Shown here in pieces: positions 1 to 9,954 of a stretch of DNA of 37,824 nt (within the stretch, counting starts at the first letter, position 1; each line of letters starts with the position of its first letter). Source of the stretch: Minisyncoccota bacterium (lineage in GTDB: Bacteria; Patescibacteriota; Minisyncoccia; Phycocordibacterales; Phycocordibacteraceae). The notes under the pieces were generated by a model. That model did no database searches and was not told the origin of the DNA. It saw only the letters and a program-made list of their open reading frames with translations. Location of the stretch: assembly GCA_041666065.1 (NCBI GenBank), contig JBAYHQ010000002.1, positions 1 through 37,824 of the forward strand, given 5' to 3'. A program made the translations under genes and the position numbers.

Positions 1-570
1 ATGGTCCCGCGCGACGAGACTGCGCACTGGGTCGCGCGCGTGATAGAGGAGTGGAAAGACAAGGAGCGAGTGAAAGCGCTAGACCTGTATGCTGGTGCAG
101 GCAACATCGGTATCGCGCTTCTCAAACACCTACCGGACTCAAACGTGACGTTCAACGAGATAGACGCGAACCTCATACCGCAGATCGCACAGTCGTTAGA
201 ACTAAACGGCATAGACGCCTCTCGCGCCACGCTTATCGCTGGCGATAGTTTGGAGAAGATTACGGGCACGTTTGACGTCATATGCGCGAATCCGCCATAC
301 GTAGATCCTGCGGGCGAGGCCGACATGGACCCTGAGATGCAGTACGAGCCGCACATAGCATTCTTCGGCTCCACAGACGGGTACGGCCACCATAAGGAAC
401 TGATTAGAGATGCGAGGAAATATCTCACGCCCCGCGGCGTGCTCTACGTGGAGTGCGATATGACACAAGTAAATACGCTCAAAGAAATTCTCAAAGATAC
501 TGACTGGAAATGGGAATTCTGGAACGACCCCTACGGACACGAAGGTATCATGGTGCTCCGTCAGAAATAA
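1..570 (+). CDS. prmC: Release-factor glutamine N5-methyltransferase (PrmC/HemK family), probably 5'-truncated by the window edge
   Basis: SAM-binding stretch LDLYAGAGNIG and catalytic NPPY motif (ICANPPYV). Only the methyltransferase domain is present, so the true N-terminus is probably upstream of the window. Confidence 0.8.
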   Translation: MVPRDETAHWVARVIEEWKDKERVKALDLYAGAGNIGIALLKHLPDSNVTFNEIDANLIPQIAQSLELNGIDASRATLIAGDSLEKITGTFDVICANPPYVDPAGEADMDPEMQYEPHIAFFGSTDGYGHHKELIRDARKYLTPRGVLYVECDMTQVNTLKEILKDTDWKWEFWNDPYGHEGIMVLRQK

Positions 571-619
571 TCACTTGGGTGTTTCGCCGCCACTTGGCGG
601 CGAAACACCCAAGTGATTA
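569..619. terminator. Bidirectional terminator hairpin (23-bp perfect stem, 5-nt loop) between convergent prmC and the pseudouridine synthase gene
   Basis: AATCACTTGGGTGTTTCGCCGCC / acttg / GGCGGCGAAACACCCAAGTGATT. Both stop codons lie within the stem, and ATTTC follows on each strand. Confidence 0.75.
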
Positions 620-1348
620 TTTCATACCGATCTCGGAGAGGAAGGTGGCAAGCTCGTCGCCTTGGATAGCGCGCCACGTGCCGGGCTTCAAGTCTTCAAG
701 GCGTATGTTGAGGATCCGCACACGCTCAAGTTCGGCAACTTGGTTGTGGAGCGCTGCGACCATGCGGCGTATCTGATGCTTCTTGCCCTCAGTGAGCGTG
801 ATATTGAAACTCTTCGGGCCGGTCTTGCGCACCTTGCAGGGGGCGGTCAGATATCCTTCTATGTTCACCCCGCTCTCCATAGCTTTCTTGAAGCTGTCGC
901 GGAGCGGCTCGGCGACGCGTACGCGGTACTCTTTGTCGTGGTCGTAATCGGGATTCAGAAGGCGGTCGGTGACACGGCCATCGTTGGTGAGGATAATCAA
1001 GCCACTTGAGTCCTTATCAAGCCGACCGACAGGGAAGACGTCGCTCATCTCCTTCCCCTTCACACTCTGCTTGATATCCTTCTCGCCGAGCTGGGGCGAG
1101 TGGGTGATGACACCGACCGGCTTATTAAACGCGTAGTAGAGGTAGTGCTTCGGTGCTAGAGAGCCGACCATCTCCACCCTATCGCCACGCTCCACCTTAT
1201 CTCCGAGGACGGCGACCTTGCCGTTTATAAGCACGCGCTTTTTGGCGATAAGTTCGTCGGCTGCACGGCGTGTTGCGACGCCCTCGTGGGCGAGGTATTT
1301 GTTGATACGCATCGGGTATTCGCTTTTTTCCTCCGGAGTCTTTGACAT
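617..1348 (-). CDS. Pseudouridine synthase, RsuA/RluB/RluF family (S4 domain plus catalytic domain)
   Basis: S4-like N-terminus (MRINKYLAHEGVATRRAADELI) and catalytic motif GRLDKDSSGLIILTNDG. Start moved from the track ATG at 1363 to the ATG at 1348, because a TATAGT box (1355-1360, minus) lies 6 nt upstream of the second ATG, immediately downstream of the track ATG (1361-1363) and inside the N-terminal extension. Confidence 0.85.
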   Translation of the reverse strand: MSKTPEEKSEYPMRINKYLAHEGVATRRAADELIAKKRVLINGKVAVLGDKVERGDRVEMVGSLAPKHYLYYAFNKPVGVITHSPQLGEKDIKQSVKGKEMSDVFPVGRLDKDSSGLIILTNDGRVTDRLLNPDYDHDKEYRVRVAEPLRDSFKKAMESGVNIEGYLTAPCKVRKTGPKSFNITLTEGKKHQIRRMVAALHNQVAELERVRILNIRLEDLKPGTWRAIQGDELATFLSEIGMK

Positions 1349-1354
1349 TTCTTT

Positions 1355-1360
1355 ACTATA
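1355..1360 (-). promoter_or_regulatory. -10 box TATAGT, 6 nt upstream of the rsuA-like ATG (1348)
   Basis: The minus strand reads caATGTATAGTaaagaaATG. Confidence 0.55.
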
Positions 1361-1431
1361 CATTGTAGTGAGGGAAAGTCCACGCGGCTGTTTCCTATGT
1401 TGCTACATTTTTGTTTATGACGCCCCCGCGG

Positions 1432-1437
1432 TAGTAT
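1432..1437 (+). promoter_or_regulatory. -10 box TAGTAT, 8 nt upstream of the NUDIX ATG (1446)
   Basis: The sequence is gcggTAGTATccactattATG. Confidence 0.45.
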
Positions 1438-1445
1438 CCACTATT

Positions 1446-1970
1446 ATGGAAGCCTACGAGGCACTGCCTGAGTTCGGGATTAAACGTGAGAAAGAGGAAC
1501 GGCGCGACGGCGGCTGCGCGATCGTCTTTGACCCCGAAAGAGGACTCTACGGGGTCGGGAAACGTACCTCAGGCGGGCAGGTACTCCTCTTTGGTGGTGG
1601 AGTAAGCGCCGATGAAGATATTGAGGAGGGCGTGCTCCGCGAAGTGCGAGAAGAAAGCGGGCTCTACGATTTTGCATACACAGAGAATATCGGCGCAGTA
1701 GAGACGCACTATCACAACATCGCTAAGAACGTAGACCGCGTGGCGCGCGCAACGTGCTTCCTTGTGGTGCTCAAGAGCACAGCGCTCGTGCCGACAGAGC
1801 TTGAGGAACACGAGCAGTTCACGCTCGTATGGATGCCCGCAGCGGAGATACGTTCGTGGTGGACAAGCCACAACGAGGGCGAGAACTACAGCCACTGGAT
1901 ATATTTTATGGACAAGGCGCTCGCACGCCTCGCCGCGCTCGGCTACGACACAGCGGGTCAGTCGGAGTAA
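1446..1970 (+). CDS. NUDIX hydrolase
   Basis: Nudix box GGGVSADEDIEEGVLREVREESGL (GX5EX7REUXEEXGU). Start moved to the ATG at 1446, because the upstream part of the track ORF overlaps the divergent gene and promoter region. Confidence 0.85.
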   Translation: MEAYEALPEFGIKREKEERRDGGCAIVFDPERGLYGVGKRTSGGQVLLFGGGVSADEDIEEGVLREVREESGLYDFAYTENIGAVETHYHNIAKNVDRVARATCFLVVLKSTALVPTELEEHEQFTLVWMPAAEIRSWWTSHNEGENYSHWIYFMDKALARLAALGYDTAGQSE

Positions 1971-1977
1971 GTTCTTC

Positions 1978-2607
1978 TTAGATCTCTATAACGAGATTCT
2001 CTCTAGGGACACGGACTTTCTGTGACGCGATAGCCGCTTCTGCCGCGATGCGGAAGCCGACCGCCATGATGACGGTCGTATGGAGGCCGCGCTCAGTAAG
2101 GCCGAGTATCTCGTCATACTTCGCAGGGTCAAACCCTTCCATTGGGCAAGCGTCTATACCGAGTACTGCTGCACTTGTGAGGGTGACACCAAGCGCGAGG
2201 TACGCCTGCTTCTTCGCCCATTCAAGTCGCTCGGTCTCGCTCTTGCCCTCCAGAGAGCCCTTGATCATCTGTGAGAGTCCTGCAAGCGACTCAAGAGGAG
2301 TGCCGCGCGTGGCGCTGATGTTTGCGACGAAGGCGTCTACGAGTTCAGGGGTCGGCATCTGTGCCGCAAACACAAACAGCCGCGACGCCTCGGTAATTTG
2401 CGGTTGATTCCACGAGACTTCGCGGAGTTTCGTGCGCACTTCTGGGTCGGACACGACGATGAGATTCCATGGCTGGAGTCCAAACGAGGATGGCGAGAGG
2501 CGCGCCGCCTCAAGGAGCGTGTCTAACTGCTCCTCGGTCAGCTTCTTCTCCGTATTAAACTTCTTGGTTGCTTCACGCCATGTGAGGGCTTGTATGATTG
2601 ATTGCAT
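1978..2607 (-). CDS. Nitroreductase-family NAD(P)H oxidoreductase
   Basis: Typical nitroreductase N-terminus (REATKKF..., LLEAARLSPSSFGLQPW). The ATG at 2607 is preferred over the GTG at 2628; a TAACGT (TANNNT) box lies 8 nt upstream. The start is uncertain by 7 codons. Confidence 0.8.
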   Translation of the reverse strand: MQSIIQALTWREATKKFNTEKKLTEEQLDTLLEAARLSPSSFGLQPWNLIVVSDPEVRTKLREVSWNQPQITEASRLFVFAAQMPTPELVDAFVANISATRGTPLESLAGLSQMIKGSLEGKSETERLEWAKKQAYLALGVTLTSAAVLGIDACPMEGFDPAKYDEILGLTERGLHTTVIMAVGFRIAAEAAIASQKVRVPRENLVIEI

Positions 2608-2725
2608 AAAACAGTACGTTAACGGCACAGGGTAATAGAGTCATCCTACCAGAGGCGGTTTTCGGTGGTACTGGGGATTGTCGCGGCTACTAGGATTTAT
2701 AGACAAATTACGATATGGTGGCTTG

Positions 2726-4189
2726 ATGGCACGAGAAGAAAGCGTTATCAGTTTTGAGGAAGTTTCCTTTGAATACGGGCACAACAAGCCGATCCTTGAT
2801 GAGGTGAGCTTCACGCTGCGTCGCGGGATGAAGATGGCGGTGATGGGGCAGAACGGTGCGGGGAAGTCCACCCTCTTCTCGCTGATGACTGCTGAGCGTA
2901 AGCCCGAAAACGGCGAGATACATATGAGCCATGGTATGAAGGTGGCAATAGCCGCGCAGGTCATACCGCGTGAGAAGATGGAGCTTACCATCCGCGATTT
3001 TTTCGCCTCCTATTTTGATAAAAAGGTGTACGACATAGATCCGAAGATAGACGCTGTGCTTGAGGTGGTGAATCTAAAACATCACGAGAAACTGCACGAC
3101 CGTCTCGTGAAGAGCTTCTCTGGCGGTCAGCAGGCGCGTCTCCTCCTCGCCTCGGCGCTCATACAGGACCCCGACCTACTCCTCTTGGACGAGCCGACGA
3201 ATAATCTTGATACTGCCGGCATTGAACACCTCACGAAGTTCCTTGTGGACTACGACAAGACCTGCGTCGTGATCTCGCACGATTCAGAGTTCTTAAACGC
3301 CTTCACGACGGGCGTGCTCTATCTAGACGTCTTCACGCGTAAGATTGAACAGTATTCAGGGAACTATCACGACGTGCAGCGCGACATACTCATTCGTATA
3401 GAGAAGGAGAATCGGAAGAACGCCCAGCTTGAGAAGAAGATTCAGGAGAACAAGGACAAGGCGAACTTCTTCGCACAGAAGGGCGGTAAGATGCGTCTCG
3501 TCGCCAAGAAAATGCGCACGGAAGTGGAAGAGATGGAGGAGGAGAAGGTGGACGTACGCAAGGAGGACAAGACTATTCGACCGTTCATCATCCCCGCGCA
3601 GGAGGAATTGAGTGGCGTCGTCTTCGTGCTTACTTCCTACTCGGTGCTCTCGTCAAAGGGTAAGCCGATCGCTAAGAAGGCGAACGTGTCGCTTAGGAAA
3701 AATAATCACTTGCTCCTGCGCGGGCCGAACGGCATCGGCAAGAGCACTCTGCTGGAAGCGATCGCGAGAGGCGTCGCTGAGGGGGCGACTATCACTGAGG
3801 GGGTGAAGGTTGGGTATTACCGACAGGACTTCTCCACACTTGATTTTGACCAGACCGTCTTTGACGCACTCATGACGGTCATGGGTCAACCCGACGAGAA
3901 GCGCATGCGCACGGTCGCTGCTGGCTTCCTGATCACGGGCGATACGATATATACGAAGATCGGCAGCCTCTCAGAGGGGCAGAAGGGGCTTGTCGCCTTC
4001 GCCTCGCTCGTACTGGAGCGGCCAGGTCTCTTGATACTGGACGAGCCGACGAACCACATCAACTTCCGCCACCTGCCGCTTATCGCCAAGGCGCTTGATC
4101 AGTATGCGGGCGCGATGATACTCGTCTCCCATGTGCCGGAGTTTGTGGAGCAGATACGCGTGGATGACATTCTAGACTTGGAGAAATAA
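2726..4189 (+). CDS. ABC-F family ATPase (two ABC domains, no membrane domain; ribosome-associated type)
   Basis: Domain 1 has Walker A GQNGAGKST, signature FSGGQQARL and Walker B LLLLDEPTNNLD. Domain 2 has GPNGIGKST, LSEGQKGLV and LLILDEPTNHIN. A charged K/E-rich linker joins them. The ATG at 2726 is chosen over the track start at 2678. Confidence 0.85.
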   Translation: MAREESVISFEEVSFEYGHNKPILDEVSFTLRRGMKMAVMGQNGAGKSTLFSLMTAERKPENGEIHMSHGMKVAIAAQVIPREKMELTIRDFFASYFDKKVYDIDPKIDAVLEVVNLKHHEKLHDRLVKSFSGGQQARLLLASALIQDPDLLLLDEPTNNLDTAGIEHLTKFLVDYDKTCVVISHDSEFLNAFTTGVLYLDVFTRKIEQYSGNYHDVQRDILIRIEKENRKNAQLEKKIQENKDKANFFAQKGGKMRLVAKKMRTEVEEMEEEKVDVRKEDKTIRPFIIPAQEELSGVVFVLTSYSVLSSKGKPIAKKANVSLRKNNHLLLRGPNGIGKSTLLEAIARGVAEGATITEGVKVGYYRQDFSTLDFDQTVFDALMTVMGQPDEKRMRTVAAGFLITGDTIYTKIGSLSEGQKGLVAFASLVLERPGLLILDEPTNHINFRHLPLIAKALDQYAGAMILVSHVPEFVEQIRVDDILDLEK

Positions 4190-4222
4190 ATCGGTGGGAT
4201 ACCTTTTATTCGTCCGTTGAGT

Positions 4223-4228
4223 TATAAA
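4223..4228 (+). promoter_or_regulatory. -10 box TATAAA, 9 nt upstream of the nucleotidyltransferase ATG (4238)
   Basis: The sequence is gagtTATAAAaagtactacATG. Confidence 0.4.
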
Positions 4229-4237
4229 AAGTACTAC

Positions 4238-4933
4238 ATGCAAGCAGTCATACTCGCCGCAGGAGAAGGGAAGCGTATGCGACCGCTTACGCTTGACCGC
4301 CCGAAGCCGCTCGTGCTCGTGGCGGGGCGTCCCATACTTGCCTACATCATGGACGCACTTCCGAGCGAGGTGGACGAGGTCATATTGGTAGTCGGGTACA
4401 AGGGCGACATGATTCGGGAACATTTCGGGAGCTCATACAAAGGCCGGACGATACGCTACGTGCACCAGTGGATGCCGGCCGGCACGGCGCACGCACTCTC
4501 CATGGCAGAGCCGCTCCTTCGCGATGAGCGCTTCATCTTCATGAACGGCGACGATCTGCACGGCACGGGCGCGTTTACCGAAGCACTGCAGCACCCGCTT
4601 GCGCTCCTCGCCGCGACGCACGACGATCCGTCAAAGTTCGGTGTCATAGAGCTCCACGAGGATGGTACGCTCGCGAGCATCATAGAGAAGCCCGAAGTTC
4701 CGCCAACGAACCTCATCTCCACGGGCGCGATGGTGCTTGATAAACGCATATTCAATTACGAGGCGGTGCGGCACGAAAGCGGCGAATATTTCATGACCTA
4801 CCCGCTCGGCCTGCTCGCGAAGGAGTACCCCATACAAGTCATCACTCAGAATTTCTGGGTTCCCATCGGCTGTCCGGAAGATATTGCCTCCGCAGAAGCG
4901 AAGCTTGGTGAACGCAAAAGCGGGGCCGCATGA
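4238..4933 (+). CDS. Sugar-phosphate nucleotidyltransferase (NTP_transferase fold)
   Basis: N-terminal LAAGEGKRMRPLT...PKPLV signature of sugar-1-phosphate nucleotidyltransferases. The ATG at 4238 is preferred to the TTG at 4217. The stop overlaps the next start (ATGA). Confidence 0.75.
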   Translation: MQAVILAAGEGKRMRPLTLDRPKPLVLVAGRPILAYIMDALPSEVDEVILVVGYKGDMIREHFGSSYKGRTIRYVHQWMPAGTAHALSMAEPLLRDERFIFMNGDDLHGTGAFTEALQHPLALLAATHDDPSKFGVIELHEDGTLASIIEKPEVPPTNLISTGAMVLDKRIFNYEAVRHESGEYFMTYPLGLLAKEYPIQVITQNFWVPIGCPEDIASAEAKLGERKSGAA

Positions 4934-5847
4934 ATGCCGCTCGGAAAATCGCGACGACGTTTAAGGCGAAAGATACGCTTGAGGGTGCTGGCGTGCATCT
5001 GAAACGCGGGTTCTCAAACGTTGAAGCGTCGCGGCTGGATCCGTTTCTCCTCTTTGATGATTTCAGTTCGGATATACCGGAGCACTATCTCGCTGGCTTC
5101 CCGTGGCACCCGCACCGCGGCATGGAGACGGTTACCTACATACTTGACGGCGCAGTGCGCCATAAGGACAGTCTCGGTAACGAAGGCGTGATTGAGAACG
5201 GGGCGGTGCAGTGGATGACTGCTGGAAGCGGCATCATACACGAAGAGATGCCGGAGAGTGTACACGGCATTCGCGGCTTCCAGCTCTGGGTGAATCTGCC
5301 GAAAGAGCAGAAGATGGCAACACCGAAGTATCAGGACTTGAAGGGTGCAGTGATACCGGAGGTCGCACTTCTCGGCGCGCAAGCACGCGTCATCGCTGGG
5401 GAGCTTGCAGAAGTGCAGGGACCGCTCCGCTCTATAGCGGGGAATCCTCTCTACGCCGATATATCGCTTGAACCAAATGCGTGCGTTACCGTGCCGCTTA
5501 CCGAAGGGCACACCGCATTTGCCTACATCATTGAAGGAGCGCTTGCGACTCTCGCGGCCGAGCCAATCTTCTACGCACCGAGCGCTGAGATTTTTAATGA
5601 GCAAGGCGACTATAAAAATCCAAGTGAGGTTGTGTACTCACAAGCCTCCACCATACTCCTATTTGAGCGCGAGGGAGACAGTGTCGTACTGTGCGCGCCG
5701 GCTTCCGGCGCGCGTTTCTTGCTTATCGCTGGCGCACCACTTGGCGAACCTATCGCGTGGCATGGGCCGATCGTCATGAACACCGACGAGGAATTGCGCG
5801 AGGCATTTGCCGATCTACACAACGGGACATTTATCCGGAATCGCTAG
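4930..5847 (+). CDS. Pirin-family protein (bicupin)
   Basis: Pirin metal-binding signature FPWHPHRGMETVTYILDG...H.D. There is a 4-nt ATGA overlap with the upstream gene, suggesting translational coupling. Confidence 0.85.
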   Translation: MNAARKIATTFKAKDTLEGAGVHLKRGFSNVEASRLDPFLLFDDFSSDIPEHYLAGFPWHPHRGMETVTYILDGAVRHKDSLGNEGVIENGAVQWMTAGSGIIHEEMPESVHGIRGFQLWVNLPKEQKMATPKYQDLKGAVIPEVALLGAQARVIAGELAEVQGPLRSIAGNPLYADISLEPNACVTVPLTEGHTAFAYIIEGALATLAAEPIFYAPSAEIFNEQGDYKNPSEVVYSQASTILLFEREGDSVVLCAPASGARFLLIAGAPLGEPIAWHGPIVMNTDEELREAFADLHNGTFIRNR

Positions 5848-5849
5848 TG

Positions 5850-5855
5850 TAGAAT
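5850..5855 (+). promoter_or_regulatory. -10 box TAGAAT, 9 nt upstream of the NRAMP ATG (5865)
   Basis: The sequence is agtgTAGAATgggggcacgATG. Confidence 0.45.
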
Positions 5856-5864
5856 GGGGGCACG

Positions 5865-7244
5865 ATGAACCGCGGAGAATTTGATAAAGATTTTGAGAAA
5901 GTGTTTGAAGCACCTGCAGAGTTGCTTGAAGAGGGGATTGAGTTTGCGGAGAAAGAGGAGAAAGTGCTTATCAGCAAGAAGCCGTTTAAGCTCGCGGAGG
6001 AATATTGGGACACACTCGGTCCGGGGCTCACGACCGGTGCCGCTGACGACGATCCTTCCGGTATTGCCACCTACTCGCAAGCAGGCGCACAGTACGGTCT
6101 CCAGCTCATCTGGCTCTCCCTCTTCACCTATCCCTTTATGGCGACGGTGCAGGAGATGTGTGCGCGCATCGGCATCGTGAGCGGACAGGGCCTCGCCGCG
6201 AATATCCGCAAGCATTACCCAGCGCGGACGCTCTACGTGGTGACCGCGCTTCTCTTTTTCGCAAACGCGCTCAATATCGCCGCCGACCTCGGCGCAATGT
6301 CGGCGGCTACGCGCCTCCTGCTACCGCACGTCGGGTTTGAACTGCTCGTCATCTTCTTCGCGCTCGTCTCGCTCGGTCTGCAGATATTCACAACGTATGC
6401 GCGGTATGCGAAATATCTGAAATATCTCACGCTCGCGCTCCTCTCGTACGTCGCTGTCGCATTCTCCGTAGGACTTGATTGGGGCGATGTCCTGCACCAC
6501 ACTCTTATACCGACGCTTTCATTTACCAAAGATCAGATATTCCTCGTCTGCGCAGTGCTCGGCACGACTATCTCGCCGTACCTCTTCTTCTGGCAGACTT
6601 CGCAGGAAGTGGAAGAACAGATATTGAAAGGCGAAGTGACCGTCGCGGAACGCCGCGCACAAGTGAGTCCGCAGTCGTTACGCCGCATGCGTACCGATGT
6701 ATGGAGCGGCATGTTCTTCTCCAACCTTGTCACCTTCTTCATATTCGCCGCTTGCGCGGGGACGCTCTACGCGCATGGCATCACGAACATCGCGACGGCG
6801 GACCAAGCGGCTCTTGCGCTCCGGCCCTTCGGCGATTTCGCCTTCCTCCTCTTCGCGGTCGGCATCGTGGGCACGGGCCTCCTCGCCGTGCCGGTCTTGG
6901 CAGGCTCTACCGCCTACGCGCTCTCAGAGAGCTTCGGTTGGACAAACGGCCTGTATCACAAGCTGGACAAGGCCTACGCCTTCTACGGCGTCATCATTGT
7001 CTCCATGCTGCTTGGCATCGCTGCGAACTTCGTACATCTGGATCCGATCAAGGCGCTCATCTATGCCGCAGTTGCAAATGGCGTTATCGCACCGGTGGTG
7101 CTCTTCTTCGTCGTGCGGCTCTCAAGCAATACGCAGGTCATGGGCGAACACACGAACCGTCCGCTTGTCTCCAAGCTCGGCTGGCTGACCATACTCTTCA
7201 TGGCCGTGTCGGGTATTGCGGCTATTGCGACGCTCTTCCTCTAG
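5865..7244 (+). CDS. NRAMP-family divalent metal cation transporter
   Basis: Multi-pass hydrophobic protein with an NRAMP-like motif AADDDPSGIATYSQAGAQYG near TM1. A TAGAAT box lies 9 nt upstream of the ATG. Confidence 0.8.
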   Translation: MNRGEFDKDFEKVFEAPAELLEEGIEFAEKEEKVLISKKPFKLAEEYWDTLGPGLTTGAADDDPSGIATYSQAGAQYGLQLIWLSLFTYPFMATVQEMCARIGIVSGQGLAANIRKHYPARTLYVVTALLFFANALNIAADLGAMSAATRLLLPHVGFELLVIFFALVSLGLQIFTTYARYAKYLKYLTLALLSYVAVAFSVGLDWGDVLHHTLIPTLSFTKDQIFLVCAVLGTTISPYLFFWQTSQEVEEQILKGEVTVAERRAQVSPQSLRRMRTDVWSGMFFSNLVTFFIFAACAGTLYAHGITNIATADQAALALRPFGDFAFLLFAVGIVGTGLLAVPVLAGSTAYALSESFGWTNGLYHKLDKAYAFYGVIIVSMLLGIAANFVHLDPIKALIYAAVANGVIAPVVLFFVVRLSSNTQVMGEHTNRPLVSKLGWLTILFMAVSGIAAIATLFL

Positions 7245-7254
7245 GCCCGTGCGC

Positions 7255-7260
7255 TATACT
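7255..7260 (+). promoter_or_regulatory. -10 box TATACT, 6 nt upstream of the SDR ATG (7267)
   Basis: The sequence is gcgcTATACTaaacagATG. Confidence 0.55.
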
Positions 7261-7266
7261 AAACAG

Positions 7267-8022
7267 ATGGAACACAAACCGATTGCCGAGCTCATGGATC
7301 TATCGGGAAAGGTCGCCATCGTGACCGGTGGTGCGGTGGGTATCGGCTACGCGATAGCGAGCCGGCTCGCTGAGGCGGGTGCGAAGGTGCTCGTGGCCGA
7401 CAGAGATGCAGCAGGGGCGGAGGCTGCTGCCGCGAAGCTCGGCGGAGCTGCGATAGCAGTTGACGTATCTGACGAGTCGCAAGTGGAGACGATGGTAGCG
7501 AAAGCGGTCACTGAGTTGGGCGGCGTGGATATACTCGTGAACAATGCCGGCATTTATCCGGCGAAGCCGGTGCTTGAAGCGACGAAAGAGGACTTTGAGA
7601 AGATCATCCACACGAACCTCATGGGTGCGTTCTTCGCAGCGAAGGCCGCAGCGAAGGCTATGGTCGCACAGGGGAGGGGCGGCACTATCATCAACATAAC
7701 CTCCATAGACGCACTGCACCCGTCGTTCGTCGGGCTCGCGTTCTACGACGCGAGTAAGCACGGTCTCTGGGGCTTCACCAAGAACCTCGCGCTTGAGCTC
7801 GCGCCTCACAACATCCGAGTGAACGCTATCGCCCCCGGCGGCGTCGCGACACCAGGGACGAACATGGGGCAGGTCGCCGACGCCTTCCTCGCGGAGATTC
7901 CAATGCACCGCATGGCCGACGCCGACGAGATAGGGAAGGTGGCACTCTTCCTCGCCTCCGACCTCTCTTCCTATATGACCGGCTCGCAGGTCGTGGTAGA
8001 TGGCGGCACGCTGCTTGCATAA
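7267..8022 (+). CDS. Short-chain dehydrogenase/reductase (SDR)
   Basis: TGGAVGIGYAI (TGxxxGxG), NNAG and the YDASK (YxxxK) catalytic motif. The ATG at 7267 is preceded by TATACT at 7255-7260. Confidence 0.85.
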   Translation: MEHKPIAELMDLSGKVAIVTGGAVGIGYAIASRLAEAGAKVLVADRDAAGAEAAAAKLGGAAIAVDVSDESQVETMVAKAVTELGGVDILVNNAGIYPAKPVLEATKEDFEKIIHTNLMGAFFAAKAAAKAMVAQGRGGTIINITSIDALHPSFVGLAFYDASKHGLWGFTKNLALELAPHNIRVNAIAPGGVATPGTNMGQVADAFLAEIPMHRMADADEIGKVALFLASDLSSYMTGSQVVVDGGTLLA

Positions 8023-8034
8023 AAGCCCCAGTAT

Positions 8035-8042
8035 TGTATATT
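8035..8042 (+). promoter_or_regulatory. Candidate -10 region TGTATATT upstream of typA (leader about 25 nt, U-rich, no SD)
   Basis: The sequence is agtatTGTATATTtagg; the ATG is at 8075. Confidence 0.35.
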
Positions 8043-8074
8043 TAGGTCATTGCCCACGGGCCTTTTTTATTTTT

Positions 8075-9859
8075 ATGGAAATTAGAAACATAGCGATTAT
8101 TGCACACGTGGACCACGGGAAGACCGCCCTCACTGACGCTATCCTCAAGCAGACCGGCGCCTCGCCGGAAGGTACGACGATGGACTCTAACGCGATTGAG
8201 CGCGAGCGCGGCATCACCATCTACGCCAAGAACGCCGCGGTGGAGTACAAGGGTACGAAGATCAACATCGTGGACACCCCTGGCCACGCCGACTTCGGCA
8301 GCGAGGTGGAGCGCGTACTCCGCTCTATTGACGCCGTGCTTCTTGTTGTGGACGCGCAGGAAGGGCCGATGCCGCAGACGCGCTTCGTGCTCAAGAAGTC
8401 GCTTGACCTCGGTCTCAAGCCTATTGTTGTCCTCAACAAGATAGACAAGCCGGCGGCCGACCCTGCACGCGCACACGACCAAGTGCTTGAGCTCTTCATG
8501 GAGCTCGGCGCGTCTGACGAACAATGCGATTTCCCCGTGGTCTACTCTATAGGCCGCGAAGGCCTCGCTATGAAGAGCCTCACCGACGAGCGCAAGGACC
8601 TCACGCCGCTCCTTGATACCATCTTGGAGAAGGTCGCACCGGCAAACGTGAACGCGGATGCAACAGCGCCGCTTATGATGCAGCCGTTCAATCTCGCATA
8701 CGACAACTTCCTCGGTCGGCTCGCAGTCGCGCGTATCTACGCCGGCACCGTGCGCACGAATCAGAGTGTGTTTGAGAAGAAGACAAACGGCGCGACGCTT
8801 CCTGGCAAAATCACGAAGATATTCACCTTCAAAGGGCTTGAGCGCGTAGAGACCGAGAGTGCGAGCGCGGGCGACATCGTGCTTATCGCCGGTCTCCCCG
8901 ATACCTACATAGGCGAGACCATCACCTCCGACGAATCAGCAACACCGCTTCCAGCTATCGCTGTGGACGAGCCGACTATCTCGCTCAACTTCCTCGTGAA
9001 CAATTCCCCCTTTGCAGGAAGGGAGGGGAAGTTCGTGACGAGTCGCCAGATACGCGACCGTCTTGAGAAAGAGCTTGAGGTAAACGTCGGCCTCAAGGTG
9101 GATTTCACCAGTTCCGATTCCTTCCGCGTCAGCGGCCGCGGCGAGCTGCATATCGCTGTCTTGCTGGAGAATATGCGCCGCGAGGGGTACGAGCTCCAGA
9201 TATCCCAGCCGCAGGTCATAATCCACGAAGAGAACGGTGTGAAGCTGGAACCTTTTGAAGAGGTAATCATTGATACACCGTCGGAATTTCAGGGCGCGAT
9301 TATTGAGAAGCTCGGTCTCCGCGCATTCGTGCTTCAGAACCTCGTACAGCACGGCAACATCGTGCGTCTTACGATGCTCGGCCCGACGCGCGGCCTCCTC
9401 GGCTACAAGAACATCTTCGTCGTGGATACGAAGGGCGAGGGTATCCTCTCTTCGCGTTTCGTTGAGTTCAAGCCGTATGCAGGCGAGATCAAACGTCGTC
9501 AGGTCGGCTCTATGATCTCCATGGCGACGGGGAAGGCGCTTGGCTACTCACTCTGGTATCTCCAAGACCGCGGACAGCTCTATATCAAGCCCGCAGCTGA
9601 GGTGTACGAGGGCATGGTTATCGGCAACACCTCTAAGGGCGAAGAGATGCTCGCGAATCCGACGAAGGGCAAGAACCAGTCAAACGTCCGCTCTTCAGGT
9701 ATGGATGAGGCGCTCACGCTCGTGCCGACCTTTGACCTCACGATTGAGCGGGGCATGGAGATCATGTCTGACGACGAGTATTTGGAAATCACACCGAAGT
9801 CGGTGCGTCTGCGTAAGCAGTACCTCACTGAGAACGATCGCGCGAAAGCTCGTCGCTAA
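8075..9859 (+). CDS. typA: Translational GTPase TypA/BipA
   Basis: G motifs [16 protein letters not shown] and NKID, with EF-G-like domain order and length typical of BipA. The start is the ATG at 8075 ([17 protein letters not shown]). Confidence 0.9.
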   Translation: MEIRNIAIIAHVDHGKTALTDAILKQTGASPEGTTMDSNAIERERGITIYAKNAAVEYKGTKINIVDTPGHADFGSEVERVLRSIDAVLLVVDAQEGPMPQTRFVLKKSLDLGLKPIVVLNKIDKPAADPARAHDQVLELFMELGASDEQCDFPVVYSIGREGLAMKSLTDERKDLTPLLDTILEKVAPANVNADATAPLMMQPFNLAYDNFLGRLAVARIYAGTVRTNQSVFEKKTNGATLPGKITKIFTFKGLERVETESASAGDIVLIAGLPDTYIGETITSDESATPLPAIAVDEPTISLNFLVNNSPFAGREGKFVTSRQIRDRLEKELEVNVGLKVDFTSSDSFRVSGRGELHIAVLLENMRREGYELQISQPQVIIHEENGVKLEPFEEVIIDTPSEFQGAIIEKLGLRAFVLQNLVQHGNIVRLTMLGPTRGLLGYKNIFVVDTKGEGILSSRFVEFKPYAGEIKRRQVGSMISMATGKALGYSLWYLQDRGQLYIKPAAEVYEGMVIGNTSKGEEMLANPTKGKNQSNVRSSGMDEALTLVPTFDLTIERGMEIMSDDEYLEITPKSVRLRKQYLTENDRAKARR

Positions 9860-9881
9860 TTTTGTATAGAAATAAAATAGG

Positions 9882-9918
9882 ACGGGCCACAATCGCTAAC
9901 TTCGCGACTGTGGCCCGT
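9882..9918. terminator. Terminator hairpin between convergent typA and pyrE
   Basis: ACGGGCCACAATCGC / taacttc / GCGACTGTGGCCCGT (one mismatch). On the minus strand it is followed by CCTATTTTATTTCT, so it is the better terminator for pyrE. Confidence 0.7.
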
Positions 9919-9954
9919 TGAATGTACTGCATGTTCTCGCGAGTCCAGTCCGCG

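Noticed and set aside
5848-5864. Possible Mn-sensing (yybP-ykoY) riboswitch ahead of the NRAMP transporter
   Set aside because: Only 17 nt separate the pirin stop from the transporter ATG, which leaves no room for a riboswitch.
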